Shown piece after piece: positions 9,832 to 18,748 of a DNA stretch of 64,000 nucleotides. The stretch is taken from contig JAQVOS010000002.1 in NCBI GenBank assembly GCA_028702495.1, positions 39-64,038 of the forward strand, read 5' to 3'. This stretch comes from Bacilli bacterium. Lineage in GTDB: Bacteria > Bacillota_I > Bacilli_A > ML615J-28 > CAG-698. Under the pieces are notes generated by a model, which saw nothing but the letters and a program-made list of their open reading frames with translations, was not told the DNA's origin and made no database searches. How positions within the stretch are numbered: the first letter of the stretch is position 1; the number at the start of each line of letters is the position of its first letter. Made by a program: the position numbers and the translations under genes.

Positions 9832-10739
9832 AATAGATTCATCCTTTTCACTTTATAATAAGCACCAAATATGGGATCAAAATCCCCTTCTACAAATTTT
9901 AAACTGATATTGTCTTCTTTTAAGGTTAGAAGCAATTCTTCTTGAGTGATGCGTGAATTCATGATAAACCCACCTCTAAAACCAATGACGGCCTCTTCAT
10001 CAAGTTTTAGATTTTGAACTGCTTTTTTTACATCCACGGCCAAATCACGCCCTGCTTTTTTTAAAAGTTGAATGGCTTCTTGATTATTCTTTAATGCTGC
10101 TTTGCTAACAACATCTGCGAAGGCAGCAATTTCGCGTTTGGTTCGATGATAGACAAAGGAGCGAAGGTCATAAATGCTACTTGCTCCAATTACTTGAAAA
10201 AACTGTAGTGTTAAAGGGGATAATGTTTGATTGGTCTCATATTGATGAATGCTTTGGCACATAAGATCGCGTACGGTTGTAAAAGCAGATCCCACTTCCG
10301 TAAGCATATGGCCAAATCCACCAATGAGTTGCGTTTCATTGTTATGAAGCCCCAAAACGGCTGATCCAGTACCTGATAATACGAGGATGCCTTGATTATA
10401 TAAGTCAGTAACAATCGAGTATAATGCGATACTAGCATCATTATCGATGTAAGTAGGAATATGATAAGTTGCTTCGTAATCTAAGCGAATCTCTTCAAGA
10501 TTGGTGATAACCCCTAATCCAGATAGACCCATGGATATACAAACAATCTCGTATTGTAAATGGGCAAACTGATAAGCTTTATCAACACCCAATCGAATAT
10601 TTTCAAGGGCTTGATCGCCGACAACGGCAGGAGAACCTGAGCCTTCAATGGTTGTAAAAAGAATGTTTTTGAGTGCATCAATGATGCATACTTTGGTCTT
10701 GCTGCCACCCGCATCAACGGCAATGATTACTTTTTCCAT
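9825..10739 (-). CDS. BadF/BadG/BcrA/BcrD-type ATPase, a putative N-acetylmuramic acid / N-acetylglucosamine kinase (MurK-like)
   Basis: N-terminus IIAVDAGGSKTKVCIID is the ASKHA sugar-kinase phosphate-1 motif. 7-nt overlap with anmK. Confidence 0.7.
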   Translation of the reverse strand: MEKVIIAVDAGGSKTKVCIIDALKNILFTTIEGSGSPAVVGDQALENIRLGVDKAYQFAHLQYEIVCISMGLSGLGVITNLEEIRLDYEATYHIPTYIDNDASIALYSIVTDLYNQGILVLSGTGSAVLGLHNNETQLIGGFGHMLTEVGSAFTTVRDLMCQSIHQYETNQTLSPLTLQFFQVIGASSIYDLRSFVYHRTKREIAAFADVVSKAALKNNQEAIQLLKKAGRDLAVDVKKAVQNLKLDEEAVIGFRGGFIMNSRITQEELLLTLKEDNISLKFVEGDFDPIFGAYYKVKRMNLLC

Positions 10740-13345
10740 GGTACAACGCCTCGAATCTGAAAACGGAATTTTTGACCTGGACGAATTTCATTCAGTAAGT
10801 AGTCGCTGATATGAGCGATTCCCACCACATTGACACGTTCATCAAAGGGGAGCTCTTGACGCATAATGGTGAGTTCTCCTTGATAACGGAGGAATCCTTC
10901 ATTATCAATGGTCACCATCTTCTTCTTGCGGTCAAAGGTATTTCGCTTAGGAATGGTATTGAGTTCACGCATGGAAGAACGAACACCATAAGGGTTCTCA
11001 TCTGTTCTATTGGTGTGAACTTTATTCAGTATGGTTCGTCCAATGTCACTGATTCCTTCAAATACATCAATAGGAATGGTAATTAGATCGCGATTGTACG
11101 TTAAAGCTTCTTCGAGTTCTTCAGCACTACAATAGGCATCACCAAAGCATACTTCGTCTACTTCTAGCATAGCCAAATCAGCCAAGGAAGCAAGGAGGTC
11201 CATTTGACGATGTTCTTCAATTGTTGGAAGTCCTTCATAGATGGGAGGACGTTTTCCATGACTAGATGGAACATAAGCCATAATATGCAGACCTAATGAT
11301 TTATATAAGAGGTTTCGATTTAATACGTCTTCTTGACTAAGTCCCGTGTAGGGTTTAGGATAAAAATTATGGCTAATTCTTAACTTTGAAAAATCAATTC
11401 CTCGAGAAATCAAGAATTCAATTTCTTCACGATGAGCAATGGAGGCATTGATTTCAATAAAGAAATCATTTTTTGATAATTCAAGAATATCGTCACATGT
11501 AAAGCCCCAATCTAATCGTAGAGAATAAATTCCTTTAGGAATTCCAATTCGGTCTAAAACTTTCTTTGAAACATCTAAAATAACTTTTAACCCCAACTCG
11601 TTGGCGTAATTGATGGTTGCCACTAAGTCTTCTAAAAAATCGGGTAAAGCTTCAGGCATATGAGCTGAAATAAAGATGGTATCAACATTTTTCGACTTCA
11701 AGAAAACCATGTATTCAAAGTTTTTAGCTTGAGGATAGTCTTCTAATCCGACGTAAACAGATGCAAAAACATTGAAGGGACGAACAAGCGTGATGGGAAC
11801 TTTCCCCCGAGGGGTGATATTACCAGCTAAGTATTCCACAACCGCTTGAACAGAATTGGGAGTATATTCGTATAAAGCCAAATAGTTCTCTACATTGTCC
11901 AAAACAAGATAATCGTACGGATTTCTCATTGAAATAACGAAAGTCTTTTTCGCTTTATTGATGATGGTATTAATCATCTTCGTTTGGTTTTTATAATTGG
12001 CAGCATTGTAACTACAAATAATGACTGTGTCATAATTTGCTACTTCATTAATCAAACGAGCATCAAATTGATTGAGTTCCATTTTTAAGCATGTAATGTC
12101 AGGAATGCGTTTACGCACTGCTTCAATGACATTTCTAGTATCCATCTTATCTTCCGCAATTGTTGTTGCAAATGGGGCAGTGGCAATGAGAAGGGTTCGA
12201 TCTTTTAGAAAGAAACGTTCTCCCTTAATGCATGTAAGAGATGCAAGGGTGATTTCTTGAGCCTTCTTTTGATTTGATAAATTGGGGAAATACTTAGTAT
12301 TGGCAGGATTATGAAGAAAATTTATATTGATAAGATTCATGCTAGTTTCTTTTGCTTTTAGAATCCGCGCAACTTTTACATCAATTTCTGCTTCAGTAAT
12401 TTTTCCTTCATGAACTGCTTCTTCCATAAGCGTTAGGAAAGCAAGTTGCTTCTCAAGTGTGTGTGAAATACAAACCAAATCAAGACCAGAAATGATTCCT
12501 TGAACTGCTCCCTTTGCAGCACCATAGGTATCATCGATGGCTTTCATTTCCATGCAATCACTGATAATGAGACCATTGAAACCCAATTCTTCGCGAAGAA
12601 GCCCTGTTAGTATTCGTTTGGATAAGGTGGCAGGACGTCCTTCAGTTTCATAAGCCGTGAAATAGATGTGGGCACTCATGATGGCACCTACACCCTCAGC
12701 AATGGCTTTTTTAAAAGGAACAAGTTCCGTGCTATGAATGTCTTCAATACTTTTTGTAATAACAGGAAGTCCTAAATGACTATCGACAACGACATCGCCA
12801 TGACCGGGAAAATGTTTGGCAGTCGCAAGAAGTCCATCTTTTTGCATTCCTTTGATGAAAGCAGTTCCCATGGCTGCGACCATGTGGGGATTATCCCCAT
12901 AACTGCGAACACCAATAACGGGATTTTTTGGATTGTTGTTTACATCAAGAACAGGAGCCAAATTAAGATTGATTCCAAGATGTGACAATTCATCACTCAT
13001 GATGGAACCAATTACTTCCGCATTGCCTTTTTCTGTGGCGGAAAGCGTCATCGCTCCAGGGCAAAATGTAGCCCCATTCATAATGCGTGTCACAATTCCG
13101 CCCTCTTGATCGATGGAAATGAGCGGCATTATTCCCGTGTGTTCCATCACTTTTTGATGAATTGTACGATTAAGGGTTGATAGTTGGTCAATAGAATGAA
13201 TATTACGAGCAAATAAAATCACATTCCCTACTTGATGCTCTTCAATTAAGGAGCGCATGTGTTGATTGTATTCATATCCATCAAAACCTGCGACGAGCAA
13301 TTGTCCGATTTTTTCTGTGAGCGTCATATCATTTATTTTTTTCAT
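10727..13345 (-). CDS. Two-domain fusion (872 aa). An N-terminal GH3 beta-N-acetylglucosaminidase (NagZ-like, ~520 aa) is joined to a C-terminal ~350-aa TIM-barrel-like domain that resembles the DUF871/MupG 6-phospho-N-acetylmuramidase family
   Basis: GH3 motifs ISIDQEGG, KHFPGHGD..VDSH and LIISDCMEMKA. The C-terminal half (ILDVS..LRLDWGF..ISHNFYPKPYTGLS..HIMAYVPS) lacks any GH3 C-terminal domain signature. Its DUF871 assignment is from memory and is tentative. Confidence 0.65.
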   Translation of the reverse strand: MKKINDMTLTEKIGQLLVAGFDGYEYNQHMRSLIEEHQVGNVILFARNIHSIDQLSTLNRTIHQKVMEHTGIMPLISIDQEGGIVTRIMNGATFCPGAMTLSATEKGNAEVIGSIMSDELSHLGINLNLAPVLDVNNNPKNPVIGVRSYGDNPHMVAAMGTAFIKGMQKDGLLATAKHFPGHGDVVVDSHLGLPVITKSIEDIHSTELVPFKKAIAEGVGAIMSAHIYFTAYETEGRPATLSKRILTGLLREELGFNGLIISDCMEMKAIDDTYGAAKGAVQGIISGLDLVCISHTLEKQLAFLTLMEEAVHEGKITEAEIDVKVARILKAKETSMNLININFLHNPANTKYFPNLSNQKKAQEITLASLTCIKGERFFLKDRTLLIATAPFATTIAEDKMDTRNVIEAVRKRIPDITCLKMELNQFDARLINEVANYDTVIICSYNAANYKNQTKMINTIINKAKKTFVISMRNPYDYLVLDNVENYLALYEYTPNSVQAVVEYLAGNITPRGKVPITLVRPFNVFASVYVGLEDYPQAKNFEYMVFLKSKNVDTIFISAHMPEALPDFLEDLVATINYANELGLKVILDVSKKVLDRIGIPKGIYSLRLDWGFTCDDILELSKNDFFIEINASIAHREEIEFLISRGIDFSKLRISHNFYPKPYTGLSQEDVLNRNLLYKSLGLHIMAYVPSSHGKRPPIYEGLPTIEEHRQMDLLASLADLAMLEVDEVCFGDAYCSAEELEEALTYNRDLITIPIDVFEGISDIGRTILNKVHTNRTDENPYGVRSSMRELNTIPKRNTFDRKKKMVTIDNEGFLRYQGELTIMRQELPFDERVNVVGIAHISDYLLNEIRPGQKFRFQIRGVVPWKK

Positions 13346-13354
13346 TCCAAACTC

Positions 13355-14491
13355 CTAATATAATAAATATTGTTTTCGTTCTTCTGCAAACTTCTTTGAA
13401 TCACGGGCGATGATATTCCATTGTTCTTCTAAGGAATAGGTTTCTTTCAAAATATAATCACACCCAGTGTTGAGTTCAAGCATTCGATTTCCACCTGCTT
13501 TATAGGGAGGTAAAACCTCAAAAGCATTAGGGTATAGTCGACGAATGATAGCAAGCATGGACCATCCCGTTTTCACCGCTTCAAATGTGTTTTTATCGGT
13601 AATGTGAACATGAACCCCTTTGCATAAGAATCCATTATGCTTCGAAAAAGTAGGGGTAAATGTGATGGGCGTAAAAAGCACTCCAGGAAGATGTAGTTCA
13701 TTCAATGCGGTTGTGAGTTCTCTTGGATTCATATAAGGTGCTCCGATGTATTCAAAAGGTTTTGTGGTTCCTCTTCCTTCAGAAACATTAGTCCCTTCAA
13801 AAATACAGGTGCCATTATATAAATAACAAGTTTCAAGCGTAGGAACATTGGGAGATGGACACAGCCATGGTAAACGAGTATCATGGAAGTCCATTGAGCG
13901 TTTCCAACCTTCCATAGGGATGATGGTCAAATGACAGCCAATCCCAAAATGCTCATTAAACATTTTTGCCAACTCACCAATGGTCATCCCATGACGTTGA
14001 ACAATTGGATAATATCCGATAAATGACCGGTATTCTAGATCAAGGATGTTCCCTTCACAAACTTCTCCGCCAACGGGATTAGGACGATCAAAAACAACAA
14101 ACTCTTTCTTTGCCTCACTACAAGCCATCATCGAATATGCCATGGTATAAATGAAGGTGTAAAAACGAGAACCGACATCTTGAATATCAATGCAAATTAT
14201 GTCAATCGTATCAAGCATTTCCTTGGTGGGACGTTTATCTTTGGTGTATAAACTATGAGCAATGATACCAGAATCTTGATCGATATAGGAATCAAAATGG
14301 ATTCCAGCTTGAAATTCACCGCGAACACCATGTTCTGGCGAAAATAAGCACACTAAGTTTACTTTTTCCTTCAATACATCAATGGTTGTCGTCATCTGGC
14401 TATTGGTTCCTGTTGGGTTGGTGATGAGTCCAACTCGCTTGTTGGCAAAGAGCGTAAGATAGCGATCAATATTGTCAATTCCGAGTTTCAT
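13355..14491 (-). CDS. namZ: DUF1343 family protein (YbbC/NamZ-like exo-beta-N-acetylmuramidase, GH171-like). The start is at the ATG at 14489-14491
   Basis: DUF1343-type sequence with its N-terminal VGLITNPTG..VLK...V...LF.PEHG signature region. AAAGGA RBS lies 8 nt before the second ATG. Sits next to the NagZ fusion and murQ. Confidence 0.7.
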   Translation of the reverse strand: MKLGIDNIDRYLTLFANKRVGLITNPTGTNSQMTTTIDVLKEKVNLVCLFSPEHGVRGEFQAGIHFDSYIDQDSGIIAHSLYTKDKRPTKEMLDTIDIICIDIQDVGSRFYTFIYTMAYSMMACSEAKKEFVVFDRPNPVGGEVCEGNILDLEYRSFIGYYPIVQRHGMTIGELAKMFNEHFGIGCHLTIIPMEGWKRSMDFHDTRLPWLCPSPNVPTLETCYLYNGTCIFEGTNVSEGRGTTKPFEYIGAPYMNPRELTTALNELHLPGVLFTPITFTPTFSKHNGFLCKGVHVHITDKNTFEAVKTGWSMLAIIRRLYPNAFEVLPPYKAGGNRMLELNTGCDYILKETYSLEEQWNIIARDSKKFAEERKQYLLY

Positions 14492-15158
14492 TTGAACCAT
14501 CCTTTCTTTCCATAAGATCTTGATTTTCTTGATGGATTAACATCCAATATGTTTTTTTAAATAGGAGATGTCCTGCTAAAATGGGGATGCTAAGACAAGT
14601 GACGGCCCACAAGGGAACAAAGACGATATACAATAATACTTCAAGAGCGATGATGAGTACACACCCTAAACTTGAGGCGATATGTTTAGTGGCAACATAA
14701 AAAGCAAAACGGAAATTATCAAAATAGCGAAAATTGAAATGAGTATAGATCATCGGCAATTGAATCGTAATGAGCAGGAGCAATACCATCGCAAAAGCCA
14801 CAAAATAAAAGCCGATAACCGATATTGTTGTTAGTATTCCTACACCTTCTGAAGTTTCAGAATAAAAAATAAGAGCAACGACAAATACGATTGCGGCACC
14901 AATGATAAAGATGTTCCCTTCTAATGGACGAATAAAGTTATTTTTTAGGTTTCTAAAATAAGCGGAAAAAACATTTTTTTCTTCTCCGGCAGTATAATCA
15001 TAGATTGTTTTATAACACGCTGTAATACTAGGAAGGAAAGTGATAATCCCTAATGAAGTGATGAGTGTTAAAATATTGAGTACTGTAATTCGCCATACCC
15101 AATCGAAGAAACGATATATTTTACTGTTTACAAACTTTTCAATGTTCATATCCAACAT
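14475..15158 (-). CDS. DUF624 (YesL-like) integral membrane protein
   Basis: Multi-pass hydrophobic protein with the conserved N-terminal region RFFDWVWRITVLNILTLITSLGIITFLP that is typical of DUF624. Confidence 0.65.
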   Translation of the reverse strand: MLDMNIEKFVNSKIYRFFDWVWRITVLNILTLITSLGIITFLPSITACYKTIYDYTAGEEKNVFSAYFRNLKNNFIRPLEGNIFIIGAAIVFVVALIFYSETSEGVGILTTISVIGFYFVAFAMVLLLLITIQLPMIYTHFNFRYFDNFRFAFYVATKHIASSLGCVLIIALEVLLYIVFVPLWAVTCLSIPILAGHLLFKKTYWMLIHQENQDLMERKDGSNETRN

Positions 15159-15220
15159 TCCCCTGTTATATGTTAATTATAGCATATTTCTAGTTAAATA
15201 ACAAGGTAAAATCATCCTGA

Positions 15221-15250
15221 GCACCTATGAAAAAAGACCAACTTTTCAGT
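15221..15250 (-). terminator. Rho-independent terminator after the Big_2-SBP lipoprotein gene
   Basis: Minus-strand RNA GGCCAACU-GAAA-AGUUGGUC followed by UUUUUU. Confidence 0.6.
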
Positions 15251-15270
15251 TGGCCTTTTAGATTCAATTA

Positions 15271-16966
15271 TTATGAGAATGCTTTTGTTAAAGATTCTTG
15301 TAGTTGGTCAATTAATGGACCAACTGCTTCAGCAAATGTAGCAGCACCTGTTGCATTTACATATTTTTGGATGGCTGTTGAAAAATCAGAGTAGCCAGTA
15401 TTCACAATCGCATTTCCTGGTTCAGCTAATGGTTCATAGAAACCAATCGTTTTTGCGTTTCCAGCGATGTATTTGAATGCAGCGACACTTGGTTCATCTT
15501 CAGTATATTTACGTGCATAGTCATCAAGCGCTTGAGCAGCATCATAAGTTGGAGAATTCAAGCGATATTCAGTTGTTAATTGGAATGTTTTAACCAAAGC
15601 ACGATAAATATTTTCAGCTGTACATTGAGTTCCAAATCCAGTATAGTCTCTACCAATTGGCATAACCCATGTAGCAGTTCCTGTTAATCCAAGTTTTTGT
15701 TGATCTTTAGTAGTCCCATCAGGTCTTGGGAATGGTACATATCCAAACTTAGTATCATCAGCATTTCCAGGGCTCCATAAGTCTTCTTTCCAACGGTTAG
15801 AAGTATTAACGAACCATAAGTCACCTGAAGCGATAAGTGAACGAGCTTCATTCCATGTAGTATCTCCACCATCAAGGGCACGAGTGCCAAACATAGCTCC
15901 TGCATCAAAAATTTGTCTTAAAGTATCAGCAGCAGCAATAGCAGTGTCAGTTAATGGTTGGAAAGTCATTGTTGAAAGGTCAGCAATTTTTACACCACCG
16001 GCATTGGTCATACCTACCCAATAGTAAGCAGCACAACCAGAAAGGGCATAGAAATCTTTATCAACGGCTTCTGGAAGTCCATCAAGGGCAGCTTGTGCAG
16101 CGATACAGAAGTTTTTAAACTCTGTATAAGTCCAGTTGCCTTCATTGAATATTTGGGCAGGAGACTTTGGTAATCCTAATTTTTCAAATAAAGCGATATT
16201 ATAATAGATAACATTATAAATCCCAGATTCTCCATTTGTAATAGAGTATAAGTTTCCTTTATAAGATCCAGATTGCGCATAGACTTCGTCCATGTATCCT
16301 TGTCCATATAAAGCATACCAATCGCTGACATCAATAATAGCGTTACCTTCAACGAATTTTCCGATTTGAGCATCAGGAACAGTATAGAAGTCATAATCAG
16401 CTGTATTACTTGCAGCTTGATTTAGGATATAATTCCATCTAGGAGTTCCCCATTCAGCATCATCTGGATAAGCAACAACTTCGATTTGACAATTGTAATT
16501 GTCTTCAACCCAAGTCCATGCTTGTTGTTTTGCTTGGCGATCTGCTCCAGCATATAAATCATTGAAAGGGTCTGTTTCATTCAATGCATGGCCTGCTTGA
16601 GCAATTTTAATGGTATATCCACCAAGGTCGATATTGTCTTCATCACTAGCAGTAACAGATATACGAATTTGACCAACTATTGCTGTATTAACAGTTGAAG
16701 TTGCACGAATAACTGTATTTCCAGCAGAAACACCAGTAACGTTTCCCTCTTGATCTACGGCAGCAATATTGTCTTTTGCAGAAGTCCAAGTTACTGTCTG
16801 TGGAGCATTTTGGGGCACAACGCTAGCTGTTAATTTAATGGTTCCTTCAACTGCAACTGTTTGTAATCCTGTAATATTAACAGATGTTGGAGCGATTTCT
16901 TTGGTTCCGCAACCAACTAAAACAATTGCGAAAGTCAACATTAGCATAAATGCTAACAATTTTTTC
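15271..16966 (-). CDS. Lipoprotein with an N-terminal Big_2 domain fused to a family-1 extracellular solute-binding-protein-like domain. There is no adjacent permease gene
   Basis: Lipobox LVGC, Big_2 stretch (TVTWTSAKDNIAAVDQEGNVTGVSAGNTVIRATS), then SBP-like features (YKGNLYSITNGESGIYNVIYYNIALFEKLGLPKSP...WTYTEFKNF). RBS AGGAGG before the ATG at 16964-16966. Confidence 0.6.
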
Positions 16967-17061
16967 ATTTTTTCTTTCCTCCTCGATAATTTTTTGTTAG
17001 TTTGTTTATATACTTTAGGACTTTCTCCTAATAGCCAAATAAAAAATATAACTGAAAATGT

Positions 17062-17090
17062 TTACACAATAATTATACACTATTCGGATT
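17062..17090 (-). promoter_or_regulatory. Sigma-A promoter for the Big_2-SBP lipoprotein gene (-35 TTGCTA, 17-nt spacer, -10 TATAAT) with a ~90-nt leader
   Basis: Minus-strand reading TTGCTAaaaaaatccgaatagtgTATAAT. Confidence 0.55.
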
Positions 17091-17108
17091 TTTTTAGCAA
17101 GCCTTTTT

Positions 17109-18026
17109 CTATGCTTTTTTTGACATATATTTATAGGTCTTCCAAACTTCAAAACCAAATTGTTGATAAAATGTGACGAGTCCAGTCCAATCAATCATTA
17201 CCTCTATCATGCCACGCTTTTTCATTTCACGAAGGGCATATATGACAATATCACTGCCTAAACCTCGTCCTTGATAAGATTTGTGAACCCCTAATGGGCC
17301 AATTCCCCCCAGATTTATGAAGCGAGCATGCCAAGTAATATTGTATCCACCATAAGGAAAACTACGATCATTAGTGCGTGCAAAAGCAATCACTTTTCCT
17401 TCATGTTTTGCAATCACATACTCGTGTCCAGTTCCACCCGCTTCGAAATAACGAATGCCTTCATGGGCCCAACGATCACTAAAGGTTTTAAGTAGTTCAA
17501 TGATTCCCTTTTCGTCCTCTTTTGTTGCAACCGAAAATGACATATTCATATTCTTGATGGGATATTCCATGATATTTGCACAAAACATATCATGAGTGGA
17601 TCTTGAGCCAAAATAGCCTCGCTTTGTGAGCCATACATCGGTTAAATTATCAAAATCAGTAGGGACTCCTGGGAAGAAGTTAAATAAATCTGAGCCGATC
17701 AATATTTCATTTTTTCCTTCCAATGATGCTTCCCCGCCACTTAGAAGCGTTGAGCCAATCCCTTGATGTCGATATTTTTTTGCTACATAAAAGAGAGAAA
17801 TCCATCCTCGATCTAGATAGGCGGGAAGAAGGGAATCGTTCGATGTTTTTGTAATGATGAATCCAACGAGGGTATCATCATCATAAGCGCCTAATACCCA
17901 TTTGTTGGGATAGCTAGTAACATTTCTTAAAAATACATCGTCTGCAATCGGATAAATAAATCCGACTTCACGATTCCACAATGTTTGAATGGCTTGAAGA
18001 TCTAGGATATCGTGATATTGAATCAT
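17109..18026 (-). CDS. Tandem-GNAT N-acetyltransferase (two acetyltransferase domains, 305 aa)
   Basis: GNAT motif A (RHQGIGSTLL in domain 1, QGRGLGSDIV in domain 2). Paralogous to the 37971..38942 gene. Confidence 0.65.
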   Translation of the reverse strand: MIQYHDILDLQAIQTLWNREVGFIYPIADDVFLRNVTSYPNKWVLGAYDDDTLVGFIITKTSNDSLLPAYLDRGWISLFYVAKKYRHQGIGSTLLSGGEASLEGKNEILIGSDLFNFFPGVPTDFDNLTDVWLTKRGYFGSRSTHDMFCANIMEYPIKNMNMSFSVATKEDEKGIIELLKTFSDRWAHEGIRYFEAGGTGHEYVIAKHEGKVIAFARTNDRSFPYGGYNITWHARFINLGGIGPLGVHKSYQGRGLGSDIVIYALREMKKRGMIEVMIDWTGLVTFYQQFGFEVWKTYKYMSKKA

Positions 18027-18745
18027 AAAAGAGCAGCTGCCTCTTCATCGACAACCACAGTAACATGAGAATGTTGTTGAAGAATAGACGCTGGGAAGGT
18101 CTCAGTCACAGGACCGTGTACTAATTCATATACTGCTTGTTGTTTTCCTTTTCCACTTGCAATCAGAAGAATTTCTTTTGCTTGCATAATATTATGAATC
18201 CCCATAGTGATGGCATGGGTTGGCACTTCATCAAGTGAATTGAAGAAACGTTTGTTATCCTCCCGTGTTTTATCCGTCAGTCTTACGACAAAAGTTTCTG
18301 TTTTAAATGAGGTACCCGGTTCATTAAACCCAATATGCCCGTTACCACCGATTCCAAGTAATTGTAAATCAATGGTCGCTTGATGTAATAATTCATTATA
18401 AGCATCGCATTGTGCTTGAAGATTATTTCCTTCTGCAGAAGGAACATGAACGTTTTCTTCCTTGATATCCACGTGATGGAATAAATGACGATGCATGAAA
18501 TTGTGATAACTTTCTGGATGTGACCGAGGAAGTCCACAATATTCATCGAGATTATATGTTTTTACTTCCGCAAACGATATTTCTTGTCTTTGATAGCTCT
18601 GAATTAAATTTTGGTAGAGTCCAATTGGGCTACTGCCAGTCGCCAACCCCAATGTGGCATTGGGTTTTTTTTGTAATAAGTCAATCATTAGTTGACTTGC
18701 AACACGACTAAGTTCTTGATAATCTTTTACGCGAATAATTTTCAT
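18023..18745 (-). CDS. nagB: Glucosamine-6-phosphate deaminase
   Basis: Conserved LGLATGSSP, YNLDEY and GIGGNGHIGFNEPG motifs. Confidence 0.9.
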   Translation of the reverse strand: MKIIRVKDYQELSRVASQLMIDLLQKKPNATLGLATGSSPIGLYQNLIQSYQRQEISFAEVKTYNLDEYCGLPRSHPESYHNFMHRHLFHHVDIKEENVHVPSAEGNNLQAQCDAYNELLHQATIDLQLLGIGGNGHIGFNEPGTSFKTETFVVRLTDKTREDNKRFFNSLDEVPTHAITMGIHNIMQAKEILLIASGKGKQQAVYELVHGPVTETFPASILQQHSHVTVVVDEEAAALL

Positions 18746-18748
18746 TTC

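Noticed and set aside
17092-17125. Terminator hairpin downstream of the tandem-GNAT gene at 17109
   Set aside because: Only a 4-5-bp complementary stretch (agca/tgct) is present. It is too weak. The region is better explained as the -35 element of the lipoprotein promoter.
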